Assembly (NCBI GenBank): GCA_027022365.1
Contig: JALVYU010000026.1
Location: 480,001-544,000, forward strand
Source of the DNA: Desulfurococcales archaeon
GTDB lineage: Archaea > Thermoproteota > Thermoprotei_A > Sulfolobales > Desulfurococcaceae
Length of the DNA stretch: 64,000 nucleotides
Direction of reading: 5' to 3'
Position numbers and translations under genes: made by a program
Notes under the pieces: model-generated
The model's input: only the letters and a program-made list of their open reading frames with translations
What the model was told of the DNA's origin: nothing
The model's database searches: none
Shown: positions 10,053 through 21,155 of the stretch, one piece after another
How positions within the stretch are numbered: the first letter of the stretch is position 1
Layout: each line of letters opens with the position of its first letter

Positions 10053-11816
10053 TTATGTATGTGAGAATATTGCTACGATTTTATCTTCATTGATAGAGTC
10101 TATTCTAGCAAACCCAACCCTATATAGTTGTATGTGATTTCCTGGTTTTTCTCTCTCGATAATGTTTTTCTCCACGAGCATGTAGATTCTCCTTATCTTC
10201 ATAGCCTCGGGTATGACTAGCTCTAGATAAGTGCTCTCGGGTGGTAGTACCCATTGAATAATCGATGCTCGTAACTTCTTTGCATCCTCATGTGATAAGC
10301 TATGTAGATTCAGTATAGCGATAATTTGTTCTTCTGTGACTTCTATATTTTCTAAAACAAAATTACCGAGCCCCATCAATCTTACTATTCCCTTATTAAG
10401 GAACAACTTGAGATCATTAGCTGAAAATGCTACTGTGGAATCTGGTTTAATGATATATTCGTAATAATCATTTTTATTAAGAAGACGCGGAATTCTAGCT
10501 TTAATATTGGTGGAGAAACCCTTAAGTATGGCGTATACTGGTTTTTCGACACCCATGTATCTTGTGGCGATGGGATCAATTATTGACCTATTAATCGAGG
10601 CTAAATTCACATAGCTTATATGTGCATCTATTGCTTTCGTCCCTACATCCTTTATTATCTCCCATAATGCTTCCCTAACTATTCCTCTTCTTCGAAGCCC
10701 AGATATTGTACCGAACCGTGGATCATCGTATGCCTCCATTCCCTGCTCTTTGACTAGTGCTCGCATCTTTGATTTACTCAATATTACGCCTTCTAAGCTT
10801 AGTCTCCCGAAATGTATTGTTTCCGGGTATTTCCAGCCCATGTGATTATACAAATAACTTTGCTTGATCGTATTGCTAATATGCTCCTTAGCCCTGAGAA
10901 TATGTGTTATGCCCATAACGTGGTCGTCAACGGCTGCCGCAAGGTTATAAGTGGGCCATAGAATGTATTTCTCGCCGACAATCGGGTGAGGAGTCTTTGT
11001 TGTATCTATTATTCTTGCTGCAACCCAGTCTCTAACACTAGGATCGGGATGTGATAAATCAGTCTTAACCCTTATTACAGCTTCTCCTTCACCGTAATGG
11101 CCTTCAAGTATCTTGTCAAGCTCTTCTAGCTGGGTCTCGATAGGCAGGTCTCTGTGCGGGCAGGGTTTTCCGGAGTCTCTATATTTTTTGAATTCACTAG
11201 CCTTACATTTATCAACATAAGCTCCCCCTTTTTCGATGAGCTTATAGAGTATATCGTAGAATATGGGTAAGCGCATGCTCTGAATATATTCCTTGTCCCA
11301 TTTTATCCCAAGCCACCTGAGGTCCTCCTTTATACGCTCGTACGCTTCTGGGAATGATGCTTTTGTCCGTGGATCGGTGTCTTCGAAGCGAAGTATCATT
11401 TTACCCTTATACATTTCTGCGTACCAGTAGCTCAGAAGAGCTGGGCGTGCGTTACCTAAATGTATAACGTAGTCTGGGTTAGGTGCGAACCTCGTGATGA
11501 CTCTTCCTGGCAAGGCTCCTGGTAGTGGTGGTAGTTCCTTTTTCTCTTCTTTTCTTTCTTCGCTGAGAAGTTCCGGCCACTCTTTTTTGATTATCTTTAT
11601 CTGTTCCTCTAAGGTTAATTTAGAAACTTCATTAACGACTTCTCGGATTACCTCTATTATCTCTCTTATATGTTTCCTTATTTCTGGTATTTCCCCAACA
11701 ACTTTCGCGACTACAGCCTTGAGAGATGGTTTTCCCTCATGTTTAACTGCGTTGAGAAGCGCATATTTATACGCGGTTTCCCTGACTTTTTCTAATAATG
11801 ATTTGTCTAACGTCAT
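10053..11816 (-). CDS. gltX: glutamate--tRNA ligase
   Basis: TRFAPNP..IHLG, LRFEDTDP, LSKSK motif. Confidence 0.96.
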   Translation of the reverse strand: MTLDKSLLEKVRETAYKYALLNAVKHEGKPSLKAVVAKVVGEIPEIRKHIREIIEVIREVVNEVSKLTLEEQIKIIKKEWPELLSEERKEEKKELPPLPGALPGRVITRFAPNPDYVIHLGNARPALLSYWYAEMYKGKMILRFEDTDPRTKASFPEAYERIKEDLRWLGIKWDKEYIQSMRLPIFYDILYKLIEKGGAYVDKCKASEFKKYRDSGKPCPHRDLPIETQLEELDKILEGHYGEGEAVIRVKTDLSHPDPSVRDWVAARIIDTTKTPHPIVGEKYILWPTYNLAAAVDDHVMGITHILRAKEHISNTIKQSYLYNHMGWKYPETIHFGRLSLEGVILSKSKMRALVKEQGMEAYDDPRFGTISGLRRRGIVREALWEIIKDVGTKAIDAHISYVNLASINRSIIDPIATRYMGVEKPVYAILKGFSTNIKARIPRLLNKNDYYEYIIKPDSTVAFSANDLKLFLNKGIVRLMGLGNFVLENIEVTEEQIIAILNLHSLSHEDAKKLRASIIQWVLPPESTYLELVIPEAMKIRRIYMLVEKNIIEREKPGNHIQLYRVGFARIDSINEDKIVAIFSHT

Positions 11817-12276
11817 TTTCGCTCACTACCGCTAGTATGTATTTCTCCGGTTTTTCCCACACTATATTGATTACGAATATGACTACGCCCTCACAGGGTG
11901 ATTTAATTACTCTTACTTCATGCTTATTTGTGATAACCATTCCGATCTTGTCTTTGGCATAGATTTTTTCGCCTTCTCGAGGAGAGACGTATGGTTCGTA
12001 GCCGCTAATTTCAATGAGGCATAGTTTTGTCCCCTTTTTTATAAAAAGGCCTTTTAACAGTTCTTCATCACCGAATTCGGGTACAACTATCACGTCTTTT
12101 TCTAGGATTGGATTTGCTAGATCGAAATACTTGAGAATATCCTCATATATGATATGACCATAACACTCATTTGATACAGGCTCTTTAACTAGGACATACT
12201 CGTCCGATATATGACAAATATACTTGTTGGAACTCTCATCTCTTACAAAGATCTCCGGATACTTGTATTCTTCCAT
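11767..12276 (-). CDS. DUF2118-like conserved archaeal protein
   Basis: P.IFV N-terminus, T.K.EVR.IKSP..GVV, W.KPE.Y.L; family from recall. Confidence 0.6.
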   Translation of the reverse strand: MEEYKYPEIFVRDESSNKYICHISDEYVLVKEPVSNECYGHIIYEDILKYFDLANPILEKDVIVVPEFGDEELLKGLFIKKGTKLCLIEISGYEPYVSPREGEKIYAKDKIGMVITNKHEVRVIKSPCEGVVIFVINIVWEKPEKYILAVVSENDVRQIIIRKSQGNRV

Positions 12277-13397
12277 TACTCTGTTCCTCCTCGTAATTCT
12301 TTGTATTCCCTCAAATCTATTCCTCTTTGTTCAAGATACGAGAGCATATCACTGCTTAAAATAAATGGTTTCTTCTTAAGTTCCGATATGCTTTTAGCTC
12401 CGATAAGGAATGACACTATCTTCATTTCTTTGATCATTGTTTCTAGAAATGCTTTACCGGCATTTAGGCCTCTAAGGTATATTTCTCGTATTAATGGACG
12501 GGCGACACCATTGAGATCAGCTCCCAAGACAATGTTCTTGATAGCGCGAAGACCATCGTATACTCCGCCACTAGCAATTATGAAGGAGTCGGGTGCTGCG
12601 GCCCTTGCCTCTATAATTGCAATTGGTGTTGGTACCCCCCATGACGATAAATGGTCTGCTATAGTTGTGGTAATTTTGTCCTTTTGCCTATATTTTTCTA
12701 CAAGTATCCAGTTTGTACCACAGGCTCCAGCTATATCGAAAAATCTTACTCCCATAGAATAGAATAACGATACATCTTCGTATGAAAGACCGTTTCCAAC
12801 TTCTTTAATAATGATAGGAACACCTATATGATCTAAGATCTCTTCGATTCTTTCAAGGATCTTAGCGTTAAATCTCGTATCTCCTTCCGGCTGTATAGCT
12901 TCTTGAGCAGGATTTAGATGTATAGCCAGTGCATCAGCGTCAATACTGCTAATTATGTAGGATATATCTTCATTTCTTAGATCTAGGAGCGTGTTTGCGC
13001 CAATATTACCTATAACTGGTACGTCTTTTGCTATCTCTCTGACAACTTTATATGAACGTATTATTTCATTTTCATCTCTATGTATGATTAAGGAACGCTC
13101 ACTACCAACACCTATCGCTATCCTAAATTCTTCGGCTAGAACAGCAAGTTTCTTATTATACTTCGTCGTTACGGGGTCTCCGCCCGTCATACCACTGATC
13201 ATCAATGGTGCCGAGAGCTCATAGTTTAGAAATCTAGTTGAAAGATCAACATCGGAAAGGTCGATACCCGGGAATGCTCGGTGTATGAGTCTAATTTCAT
13301 CATATATTTCGGAGCACTCATTAGGAAAACCGACGTCTTTTTCGACGACTATTCTGATATGCTCGATTTTTCTATTCCTAATGTTTGGATCCGACAA
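12276..13397 (-). CDS. fni: type 2 isopentenyl-diphosphate isomerase
   Basis: RKIEHI, MTGG, HLNPAQE..QPEGD, KEVGNG. Confidence 0.95.
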   Translation of the reverse strand: MSDPNIRNRKIEHIRIVVEKDVGFPNECSEIYDEIRLIHRAFPGIDLSDVDLSTRFLNYELSAPLMISGMTGGDPVTTKYNKKLAVLAEEFRIAIGVGSERSLIIHRDENEIIRSYKVVREIAKDVPVIGNIGANTLLDLRNEDISYIISSIDADALAIHLNPAQEAIQPEGDTRFNAKILERIEEILDHIGVPIIIKEVGNGLSYEDVSLFYSMGVRFFDIAGACGTNWILVEKYRQKDKITTTIADHLSSWGVPTPIAIIEARAAAPDSFIIASGGVYDGLRAIKNIVLGADLNGVARPLIREIYLRGLNAGKAFLETMIKEMKIVSFLIGAKSISELKKKPFILSSDMLSYLEQRGIDLREYKELRGGTE

Positions 13398-13486
13398 AAT
13401 CGATGCACCTAGTTCTGCCTAACCTATTGGTTGGATACCATTATTTAAAATAGTGGATATAGAACAACTCTTAATTATCTCAAGCC

Positions 13487-14353
13487 CTAGTAAAGAAATC
13501 GTATTGCTGCGTATCCTACTACTGCATTTTTATGTCCTGAAACATCACCGCTAGTAGCATGTTTCAAGAGTTCGACGTGATGACTTTCTGATACTAATTT
13601 GGCATATTCCATTAGCGTCATTATTGCGCCTGGGCCACAAACAGATATGTTTCTATCTATTATTACACGGTAGAAACCCTCTGTATCTAGTTTAACGATC
13701 TTCTCGATCGCCAACATGTCTTTCTCCACAGTTATTTCATGGGGTTCGTAGTGGTTGAAATCACTGCTTGCAATGATAACTATATCACGCTCAAGCGTTT
13801 TTACTGATTCATAAATTGATTTTGCCAGGTCTTTAGCGGCGTCAGGACTATGAAGGCCCATGACTATTGGAACTATGTTTATGTTCTCCCCATATAGGTA
13901 TTGGAGAAACGGTATTTGTACCTCTATGGAATGCTCCTCTATATGGGCGTAGGTATCTGCCTCCGCGATACTACTGTTTTCGATAATGCTTCTGGATAAT
14001 TCTTCATCGATACTTACATAGCCTAGGGGTGTATACCATCTTCCTCTTGGATAAACCGAGACTAGCGAGCCTAAGCCTGTGTGGTTCGTGCCTATTATTA
14101 TGAATGTATCTGGGTTTCCTTCTTCAGCTATTTTGTAATAGACGTGAGCGGCTATGGGGCCACTATATATGTAGCCTGCATGTGGAGCAACGTATCCTAT
14201 GCTGTTACGTATCCTTTTGTTGGATACTATTGGTAGTTTTCCCGGGCCGAGAGGATGTAAGAAACTCTTTTCTATCAGTGATATAAGTTCTTTAGGATCC
14301 TCAGGGTAAAAATACCCTGCCACTACGGGGTGTCTTACCCCTTTAAATTCCAA
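13487..14353 (-). CDS. MEMO1 family protein (AmmeMemoRadiSam B)
   Basis: VAG.FYP, PHAGYIYSG, EHSIEVQ, SSDFNH, CG.G. Confidence 0.92.
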   Translation of the reverse strand: MEFKGVRHPVVAGYFYPEDPKELISLIEKSFLHPLGPGKLPIVSNKRIRNSIGYVAPHAGYIYSGPIAAHVYYKIAEEGNPDTFIIIGTNHTGLGSLVSVYPRGRWYTPLGYVSIDEELSRSIIENSSIAEADTYAHIEEHSIEVQIPFLQYLYGENINIVPIVMGLHSPDAAKDLAKSIYESVKTLERDIVIIASSDFNHYEPHEITVEKDMLAIEKIVKLDTEGFYRVIIDRNISVCGPGAIMTLMEYAKLVSESHHVELLKHATSGDVSGHKNAVVGYAAIRFLY

Positions 14354-14357
14354 AAAA

Positions 14358-15014
14358 TCACCTCCTCAGCTTAACCTCGAACTCGCTCGGAGGCTCGGGC
14401 AGGTCTCCATCGGGTGGAATAACTCCCTTTAGTCTAAGTATTTCTCTTGCAAGCAACCAGTATATGAGTGCTAGGCTCTTCCTGCCCTTGTTGTTTGCTG
14501 GTATTATGAGGTCGATGTACTCTGTCCTGTTATCTGTGTCGGCAAGCGCAACTACGGGGACACCTATCTCTGCAGCTTCTTTAAGTGCTTGTGAGTCGGC
14601 TCTGGGATCTGTTATTAATACTATGTCGGGCTCAAAATACCATTTGAGGCTTGGGTTAGTGAAAGTTCCTGGCATGAAGCGCCCTGTGAATGCTTTGCAT
14701 CCCACATAGCTGCAGAATTTCTTCGCTGGTTTTTGGCCGTACTGCCTAACGGATACTACTGCTATTTTGCCTGGCTCAAAGTGGCTCAAGAACTTGGCTG
14801 CTACTCGTATTCTTTCATCTATTTTCCTTATATCAAGAATGTATAGTCCATCGTTTCTAACTCTATAAACAAACGGTTCCATGAACTTTGTACATATGTG
14901 TGTTCCTATATGTATTCCCGATGCTAGATACCTGTCTAGAGGAACAAGTAGCTCGACTCCTCTCTTCTCCTCCTTCGTGTGTGTCTTAGTTTCGGGTGTT
15001 TCATTCTTACTCAT
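14358..15014 (-). CDS. rps2: 30S ribosomal protein S2
   Basis: [30 protein letters not shown]. Confidence 0.96.
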   Translation of the reverse strand: MSKNETPETKTHTKEEKRGVELLVPLDRYLASGIHIGTHICTKFMEPFVYRVRNDGLYILDIRKIDERIRVAAKFLSHFEPGKIAVVSVRQYGQKPAKKFCSYVGCKAFTGRFMPGTFTNPSLKWYFEPDIVLITDPRADSQALKEAAEIGVPVVALADTDNRTEYIDLIIPANNKGRKSLALIYWLLAREILRLKGVIPPDGDLPEPPSEFEVKLRR

Positions 15015-15028
15015 GTTGTATCACCGTC

Positions 15029-15238
15029 TTATGAGACTTTAGAGAAGTTGAGTAATTCATATGCTATTTCTACATGAGATAGAAACATTCTTCTACAACA
15101 GTATCTTTTTACACCAAGATCATCTAGTACTTTACCGGGATCCTCGCCTGCTTCAACCCTCCTCTTGAATTCCTCCCAGAGATGACCTATGGGTGCTCCA
15201 CAAGTAAAGCATCGTACTGGGAAAAGCATTTGTTTCAC
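15029..15238 (-). CDS. rpoN: RNA polymerase subunit N (Rpo10)
   Basis: PVRCFTCG...RYCCRRM. Confidence 0.96.
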   Translation of the reverse strand: MKQMLFPVRCFTCGAPIGHLWEEFKRRVEAGEDPGKVLDDLGVKRYCCRRMFLSHVEIAYELLNFSKVS

Positions 15239-15651
15239 CTATAGCTCTTCTGCCATCTTCTACGAGCACTATATCTGCCCCATTTCTCAGGCTCAGTCCT
15301 TCTCGGGTCACCGCTCAGCATATATCTGTCATACTCTGTAAATACTCTTCTTAACTCTTCGTTGTTTCCTGCATAAGCTAAGAGACCCTTTGCGAGAGCC
15401 ATTCTCACAGCATCTGCTTGGCTCATGTATCCTCCTCCTTTGACGTTGACATATATGTCGACTTTCTTCCATAGATCGCCTACTAGTACTAGTGGTTCAT
15501 ACATCTTTAACTTGGCAAGCTCTATCGGCCATATTTCTAGGGGAACACCGTTTATCCACACCCGTCCTTCGCCGGGCTTAATAATGGCCCTAGCTATGCT
15601 TGTTTTTCTCTTACCTGTTGCGATCACTATTTTTCCCTTTTCAGCCATCAA
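15235..15651 (-). CDS. rps9: 30S ribosomal protein S9
   Basis: [22 protein letters not shown]-terminus. Confidence 0.96.
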   Translation of the reverse strand: MMAEKGKIVIATGKRKTSIARAIIKPGEGRVWINGVPLEIWPIELAKLKMYEPLVLVGDLWKKVDIYVNVKGGGYMSQADAVRMALAKGLLAYAGNNEELRRVFTEYDRYMLSGDPRRTEPEKWGRYSARRRWQKSYR

Positions 15652-16097
15652 GCCTCACCCTTCCATCCAAGGTGTTTAGCTATTTCTCCAAGGGTAATAT
15701 ATCCTCGTGCTAGCCTAGATTTGTCAGCTTCTTCGAATCTGATGAACTCCTTGTTCTGTAGCTCGGGTGGTACTCCATTATAGACTCTTAGGCGTTTATA
15801 GGCTTCCCTACCTTTAGGCTTATCCATTGGTAGCATTCCTCTAACTGTTCTTTTTAATATGTTATGTGGTGATTTTGGCCTCCTGATACCGTGTTTGTAT
15901 GGGTTGTAGTGTGTTGTTACTTTCTCGATCAGCTTGTATCCCATTATGACTCTTTTACGCTCTCCACTGACCACGGCTTTTTCCGCGTTGACAATAAATA
16001 CTCTGTAGCCTTCGAGAAGTTTCTTTGCTACAATGCTTGCAAGCCTACCCAGGATCTGGTCAGAAGCATCAATGTATAGGGTTTTTTCTACGCTCAT
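15648..16097 (-). CDS. rpl13: 50S ribosomal protein L13
   Basis: LGRLAS..AK.LL, VRGMLP. Confidence 0.96.
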   Translation of the reverse strand: MSVEKTLYIDASDQILGRLASIVAKKLLEGYRVFIVNAEKAVVSGERKRVIMGYKLIEKVTTHYNPYKHGIRRPKSPHNILKRTVRGMLPMDKPKGREAYKRLRVYNGVPPELQNKEFIRFEEADKSRLARGYITLGEIAKHLGWKGEA

Positions 16098-16101
16098 TTT
16101 T

Positions 16102-16464
16102 TCACCCTATGATCTTTATATTTGTGCCCTTTGGGTTTTCCCTGGCTAGGTCAAGTATGTATACTGCTTTGCCGCCAGCATTGAGTATTTTCTCAGTAGC
16201 TGTTTTTGAAAATGCTAATGCACCGACCGTTACAGGATGATCTATATGTCCCGAGCCTAAGACCTTGCCCGGTACAACGACTATATCGCCATCTTTCGTG
16301 TATCTGTTTATTCTGCTTATGTTTACAGCTCTCCTCTGTCGTTTTGGTTTCTCCAGTTCATCCGCTACAGCATTCCATATTTTGGCCTTGTATGTATTGG
16401 CTAGTTTCCTTAGCTCACGAATAGTTTTTCTGACCACTATGTTTGTTGGCCCGGTCTTTCTCAT
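16102..16464 (-). CDS. rpl18e: 50S ribosomal protein L18e
   Basis: VN.SRINR, VVPGKVLG. Confidence 0.95.
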   Translation of the reverse strand: MRKTGPTNIVVRKTIRELRKLANTYKAKIWNAVADELEKPKRQRRAVNISRINRYTKDGDIVVVPGKVLGSGHIDHPVTVGALAFSKTATEKILNAGGKAVYILDLARENPKGTNIKIIG

Positions 16465-17318
16465 TTAGTGATCCCCTCCATCTTTAATGATTCTACTAGA
16501 CTATCGAGCTTTGACTCGAGTACCTTGACGGCTTCTAGTAAAACACGTTTTGGACTTAATGCACCTGTGGTTTCGACTAGGAGGATGTACTCGTCTTTGC
16601 GCCAATTAATCTTTATTGCCCGATACTTACATGCTTCTTCGCAGACCTTGCAAAGGCTACAATCAAATATCCTGTCTGAGCTCACTTTTACCCGATCGTT
16701 GTCAATTATCAATATGTTTCTGGGACATACATTTATACAATCTGTACACTCTGGTGCTCTGCATTTTTCATGGTCGATGCTTATGTCAGCTATGAACTTA
16801 TGAGCTGCAACCGATACCGGGCTCCACTTGGCGTGTTCTCTTCCTCTGCCAAGCCTCGCGTAGGCTTCGAAACTAATCTTTTGGCCTGGGCTAAGTATTG
16901 CGATCGGTATCTTATCATATACAGGTTTTACATCGGGATCACTTGTTCTTAGATCACCGCTGTAAAGTGTTATGATGTTATTAGAATTTGGTGGATTTTC
17001 TCCCTCGAGATCGAGTTTTACAAAACAATCCTCTGTAAAAAACCCCCTCTCCGAAGCCTCTCTACATTCCTCTGGAGGCTTATATTTCTCGAGGGCTACC
17101 TCACTTGTAAGGGGGATGAGCCCGAGTCTGTGCGCTATGTATTCGTCATAGAAAATCGTGCTATTAACTGTAAATACGACAGTATCTATAGCCATAGTCG
17201 GTACATCAGCGATCATTGTTCGCCTTATGGAATTCAAAATATGTAGAGGAACGTCTTTTATATACAGTTTTACCCTATTAGGCGATTTCTCCAAAATCTT
17301 GATCTCCAAGTACATCAC
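16461..17318 (-). CDS. rpoD: RNA polymerase subunit D (Rpo3) with Fe-S domain
   Basis: AHRLGLIPL, G.EHAKW.P, CxxC Fe-S motifs. Confidence 0.96.
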   Translation of the reverse strand: MMYLEIKILEKSPNRVKLYIKDVPLHILNSIRRTMIADVPTMAIDTVVFTVNSTIFYDEYIAHRLGLIPLTSEVALEKYKPPEECREASERGFFTEDCFVKLDLEGENPPNSNNIITLYSGDLRTSDPDVKPVYDKIPIAILSPGQKISFEAYARLGRGREHAKWSPVSVAAHKFIADISIDHEKCRAPECTDCINVCPRNILIIDNDRVKVSSDRIFDCSLCKVCEEACKYRAIKINWRKDEYILLVETTGALSPKRVLLEAVKVLESKLDSLVESLKMEGITK

Positions 17319-17333
17319 CGGGAAAATTACAGA

Positions 17334-17735
17334 TTAGACTCTCCTACCTCTACGGCCACCCGGCCTTCTCGTCGTATCATGAGGTATTGGGGTCACGTCC
17401 TCAATCCTGCCTATAATGAATCCTGCTCTGGCTAATGCCCTGATTGCTGCTTGTGCGCCTGGACCAGGCGTCTTAGGTCCATGGCCTCCTGGTGCCCTTA
17501 CTTTAATATGAAGTGCAGTTATGCCCTTATCCATGGCTTCGGCGGCTGCTCTGCTCGCCGCTATCATTGCTGCGTAGGGGCTTGGTTTTTCTCGGTCTGC
17601 CTTGACTACCATGCCGCCGCTCCATCTACTGACTGTTTCGGCGCCTGTTAAGTCCGTGATGTGCACTATTGTATTGTTAAGGCTACTATAGATGTGGGCT
17701 ACGCCCCATTTAAGCTCTCTACCCATGAATGACAT
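17334..17735 (-). CDS. rps11: 30S ribosomal protein S11
   Basis: [22 protein letters not shown]. Confidence 0.97.
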   Translation of the reverse strand: MSFMGRELKWGVAHIYSSLNNTIVHITDLTGAETVSRWSGGMVVKADREKPSPYAAMIAASRAAAEAMDKGITALHIKVRAPGGHGPKTPGPGAQAAIRALARAGFIIGRIEDVTPIPHDTTRRPGGRRGRRV

Positions 17736-18253
17736 TAGGCCTCACCCTCCGCGGCCTGTTCAGCTTTTTTCTTGAATGGACTTGTAGGTGCGTAATCAAT
17801 AAGCTCTTCTTCCTCTCTCGAGACTATGTATCCGGGTGATGTGACTCTTCTACCCGCTATAGCTATGTGGCCGTGAACGATTAGCTGTCGTGCTTGATAG
17901 ATTGTTCTGGCGAGGCCTTTCTTGTATACAATGGTCTGTAGTCTTCTTTCAAGGAGATCCTCGGCTTTAAGCGATAGAATATCTTCGAGAGTAGCGTTTT
18001 CCGGTAGTAATCCGAGGTGATATAGTCTCCTCAGGAGGGCTCTCTCTGCTTCGGCTCGTACTTCTGCGGGTGCGGCTAGTAGTGAGCGCGCCTGGTGTCT
18101 AAACTTCCTGATAATAGTGCTGGCAATCCATAGCTCCCTCTTGTTCCTAAGACCGTATGTTCCAAGCAGTCTCAGCTCTTCTTCGAGTACTTCTTTTCTC
18201 CAGGGGTGACGTGGCCCTTCCCACTTCTTACGTGGTTTTCTTGGATCACCCAT
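17735..18253 (-). CDS. rps4: 30S ribosomal protein S4
   Basis: [32 protein letters not shown]. Confidence 0.97.
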   Translation of the reverse strand: MGDPRKPRKKWEGPRHPWRKEVLEEELRLLGTYGLRNKRELWIASTIIRKFRHQARSLLAAPAEVRAEAERALLRRLYHLGLLPENATLEDILSLKAEDLLERRLQTIVYKKGLARTIYQARQLIVHGHIAIAGRRVTSPGYIVSREEEELIDYAPTSPFKKKAEQAAEGEA

Positions 18254-18260
18254 TTAAGGA

Positions 18261-18734
18261 TCACCTCCTCTTCTTACGGACACCAACGGTTATTCCTAGC
18301 CTACCCGTTGTACGTGTGCGCTGTCCGCGAACTTTCAGTCCAAGTGCATGCCTTATACCGCGCCAGCTCTTAATCTTCTTCTCGCGCTCGATATCCTGTT
18401 TAACATAGAATATTAGTTCGGGGCCTATCAAGTGCAGATCCTTACCAGTTGTATAGTCTTTCCTCCTATTGAGCATCCATACCGGTATCTTGTATTCTTT
18501 AGGCGATTTTAGGAACTCCTCTATTCGCTTTATCTCTTCATCAGTGAGATAGCCTATACGCATCTCAGGATCTATTCCTAGAACCCGACACATTGCATAA
18601 GCCAGATTGACGCCGACACCTTTTATCTCAGCAAGCCCATAAGCAGTTTTCAAGCTACCATCAATGTCTGTACCCGCTATTCTTACGATGTATCGAAATA
18701 TCCTTTCGCTCAATACCTCTGGACACCCGCTCAT
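18261..18734 (-). CDS. rps13: 30S ribosomal protein S13
   Basis: IKGVG, WRGIRH..GLKVRGQRT. Confidence 0.96.
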   Translation of the reverse strand: MSGCPEVLSERIFRYIVRIAGTDIDGSLKTAYGLAEIKGVGVNLAYAMCRVLGIDPEMRIGYLTDEEIKRIEEFLKSPKEYKIPVWMLNRRKDYTTGKDLHLIGPELIFYVKQDIEREKKIKSWRGIRHALGLKVRGQRTRTTGRLGITVGVRKKRR

Positions 18735-18861
18735 TATTTATTCTCAATAATCCTTTTTGATAGGGATATTTCTCCGCCATTATAAGTTTATCCTTTCATA
18801 CACATGGCGGTATAAACTGCAATAGACACGTATATTGATCCAGCATACATATTGTTGTTGG

Positions 18862-18926
18862 CGGTCAGGAGGGGCGAAATGCTTCATCCCTGTATGGTCA
18901 TTACCCTAAAGCGCTTCTTCATCCCA
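18862..18926 (-). ncRNA. box C/D guide sRNA candidate
   Basis: Minus strand ATGAAGA (C), 14-nt guide, ATGA (D'), GGATGA (C'), 15-nt guide AGCATTTCGCCCCTC, CTGA (D); intergenic. Confidence 0.65.
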
Positions 18927-18999
18927 TGAGAAATATTCTTGTCAAAGCCTCTACTAAATAAAATTGGTTTGCTCAGGACAAGGTGTTAGGGAGAAATGG

Positions 19000-19088
19000 T
19001 GGCGCCGGGGGCGGGATTCGAACCCGCGCGCCCCTTACGGGGCACTGGCTCTCCAGGCCAGCCCCTTAGGCCGCTCGGGCACCCCGGC
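19000..19088 (-). tRNA. tRNA-Ser(GGA), long variable arm, CCA encoded
   Basis: GCCGGGG...CTGGC-CTGGAGA-GCCAG...GGTTCGAATCC...CCCCGGCGCCA. Confidence 0.96.
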
Positions 19089-19195
19089 ACCTAGCTCCAT
19101 TATTATAATATCAAGTATTATAATGCTAATTCAATTATAAGTATGGTTTTTGGATAATCAGTGCTCCGGAACAAAACTCTCGGCCATAATTACAA

Positions 19196-19513
19196 TCATA
19201 TTTTTCCATGAACTAATTCTACTTCCATCCATATCTCCGGCGGTACACGTACACGTATTAAGTGCTTCATAACTCTTTCATCAGCTGCTATGAATAGTAC
19301 ACGTTTATGTATTCGCATCTCCCATTTCTCCCATTTCTTCTTCCCTTCTCCATGGGGTAGTTTGAGCGTTCTCACAATCATTCTCTTTGTTGGGAGCGGT
19401 ATTGGGCCGGACATATTGACTCCAGTCTTCTTAACTATGTCCACGATCTTTCCGACGAACTCGTTAAGCACGTTTACATTAGTGCTCCATATCTTTATCT
19501 TTACCATAGACAT
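19196..19513 (-). CDS. rps10: 30S ribosomal protein S10
   Basis: [16 protein letters not shown]. Confidence 0.95.
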   Translation of the reverse strand: MSMVKIKIWSTNVNVLNEFVGKIVDIVKKTGVNMSGPIPLPTKRMIVRTLKLPHGEGKKKWEKWEMRIHKRVLFIAADERVMKHLIRVRVPPEIWMEVELVHGKI

Positions 19514-19601
19514 TGTTCACGCCTCCATTATCCATATGGTTCTAAGGATAGAAGAAGTGTATAGGGGTAGAAAAACCCTATGGTTGTTATTTGGAAGAAC
19601 T

Positions 19602-20921
19602 TTACTTAGCCTTGATCTCTATCTTCATGGGTTTGACGTCTACTACTACGCCGATACCTATTGTCTTGCCCATGTCACGCATCGCGAATCTGCCAAGTGG
19701 CGGTATCTCGCTGTACTTCTCGATTACTAGAGGCTTTATAGGCTTAAACCTAACTATTGCTGCATCGCCCATCTTTAGGAACTGTGGGTTCTCCTCTACA
19801 ACCTTACCGGTTCTTGGATCTAGTTTAGCCTTTATCTCGACGATTCTGCATGCAACGCTGGCCGTGTGAACGTGTAGTACTGGCGTGTATCCTACAGTGA
19901 TTGCTGTTGGGTGCCATATGATGAATACACGGGCAGTGAACTCCTCCGCCACTGTTGGCGGCTTGTCTAGGTGGCCTGCTACGTCTCCACGCCTGATGTC
20001 GCGCTTGGAGATGCCACGTACATTGAATCCGATATTGTCACCGGGCTCGGCCTTCTCGATCCTCACATGGTGGGTCTCAATGCTCCTGACTTCTCCTACC
20101 TTCGCCGGAGGCATGAACACTACCTTGTCGCCGACCTTCAGTACACCGGTCTCTACTCTGCCCACCGGCACGGTGCCTACTCCGGAGATAGCGTAGACGT
20201 CCTGTATGGGTATTCTTAGAGGCTTGTCGATCGGCTTCGGTGGCGGTGTTAGCATGTCAAGGGCTTCTACTAGTGTTGGGCCATCGTACCATGGCATGTT
20301 GGGGCTACGCTCAATAAGGTTGTCACCAGTCCATGCTGATACTGGGATGAATGGTATCTTGCTGATGTCATAGCCTAGGCTCTTGAGGAACTTTCCTAGA
20401 ATGGTCTTGATCTGCTCGTACCTCTTCTGGCTCCATGGAGGCTCGGTTGCGTCCATCTTGTTTACAGCAACTATTAGCTGGTTGATACCCATTGTCTTTG
20501 CTAGGATAGCGTGCTCACGGGTCTGTCCCTCGGGGCTCATTCCGGCCTCGAACTCACCTTTTCTTGCACTTACAACGAGTAGTGCTGCGTCAGCCTGGCT
20601 TGCACCGGTGATCATGTTCTTAATGAAGTCTCTGTGGCCAGGAGCGTCGATAATCGTGAAGATATATTTCCTTGTCTCGAATTTCATGTAGGTTAGGGCA
20701 ATGGTTACTCCGCGCTCTCTTTCTTCTTTGAGTTTGTCGAGAAGCCATGCATACTTGAAGGTCTCTTTGCCCTTCTTCTTAGCCTCTTCCTCTAGCATTT
20801 GCAGAGTCTTCTGATCTACTAGACCTAGTCGGTACAGAATATGGCCTACTAGCGTGCTCTTACCATGGTCTACGTGGCCGATTACTACAAGGTTTAGGTG
20901 TGGTTTCTCCTTGCTGCTCAT
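19602..20921 (-). CDS. tuf: elongation factor 1-alpha
   Basis: GHVDHGKST, ERERGVTI, DAPGHRDF, NKMD. Confidence 0.98.
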   Translation of the reverse strand: MSSKEKPHLNLVVIGHVDHGKSTLVGHILYRLGLVDQKTLQMLEEEAKKKGKETFKYAWLLDKLKEERERGVTIALTYMKFETRKYIFTIIDAPGHRDFIKNMITGASQADAALLVVSARKGEFEAGMSPEGQTREHAILAKTMGINQLIVAVNKMDATEPPWSQKRYEQIKTILGKFLKSLGYDISKIPFIPVSAWTGDNLIERSPNMPWYDGPTLVEALDMLTPPPKPIDKPLRIPIQDVYAISGVGTVPVGRVETGVLKVGDKVVFMPPAKVGEVRSIETHHVRIEKAEPGDNIGFNVRGISKRDIRRGDVAGHLDKPPTVAEEFTARVFIIWHPTAITVGYTPVLHVHTASVACRIVEIKAKLDPRTGKVVEENPQFLKMGDAAIVRFKPIKPLVIEKYSEIPPLGRFAMRDMGKTIGIGVVVDVKPMKIEIKAK

Positions 20922-21155
20922 TATCTATACACCCCTTTTCCAGGGATCTAAATCTAAATCCTCCTATAGGTTCAGATAGCACAATGCTATGTAGAGTAGA
21001 TAAGGATACCGTCTTTATAAAGATATCCATTGGGTGTACTGGAATCTATGGGCTAGAAATATACTTGAAAATACATTAAAAACATTAAACGGTTCTTCAC
21101 TGTATTACATGATAAATTTATATGATAAGTATTGAATTAGTTCTTGATATAGTCG

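Noticed and set aside
20922-21155. No EF-2 gene between rps7 and tuf
   Set aside because: Normal for crenarchaea
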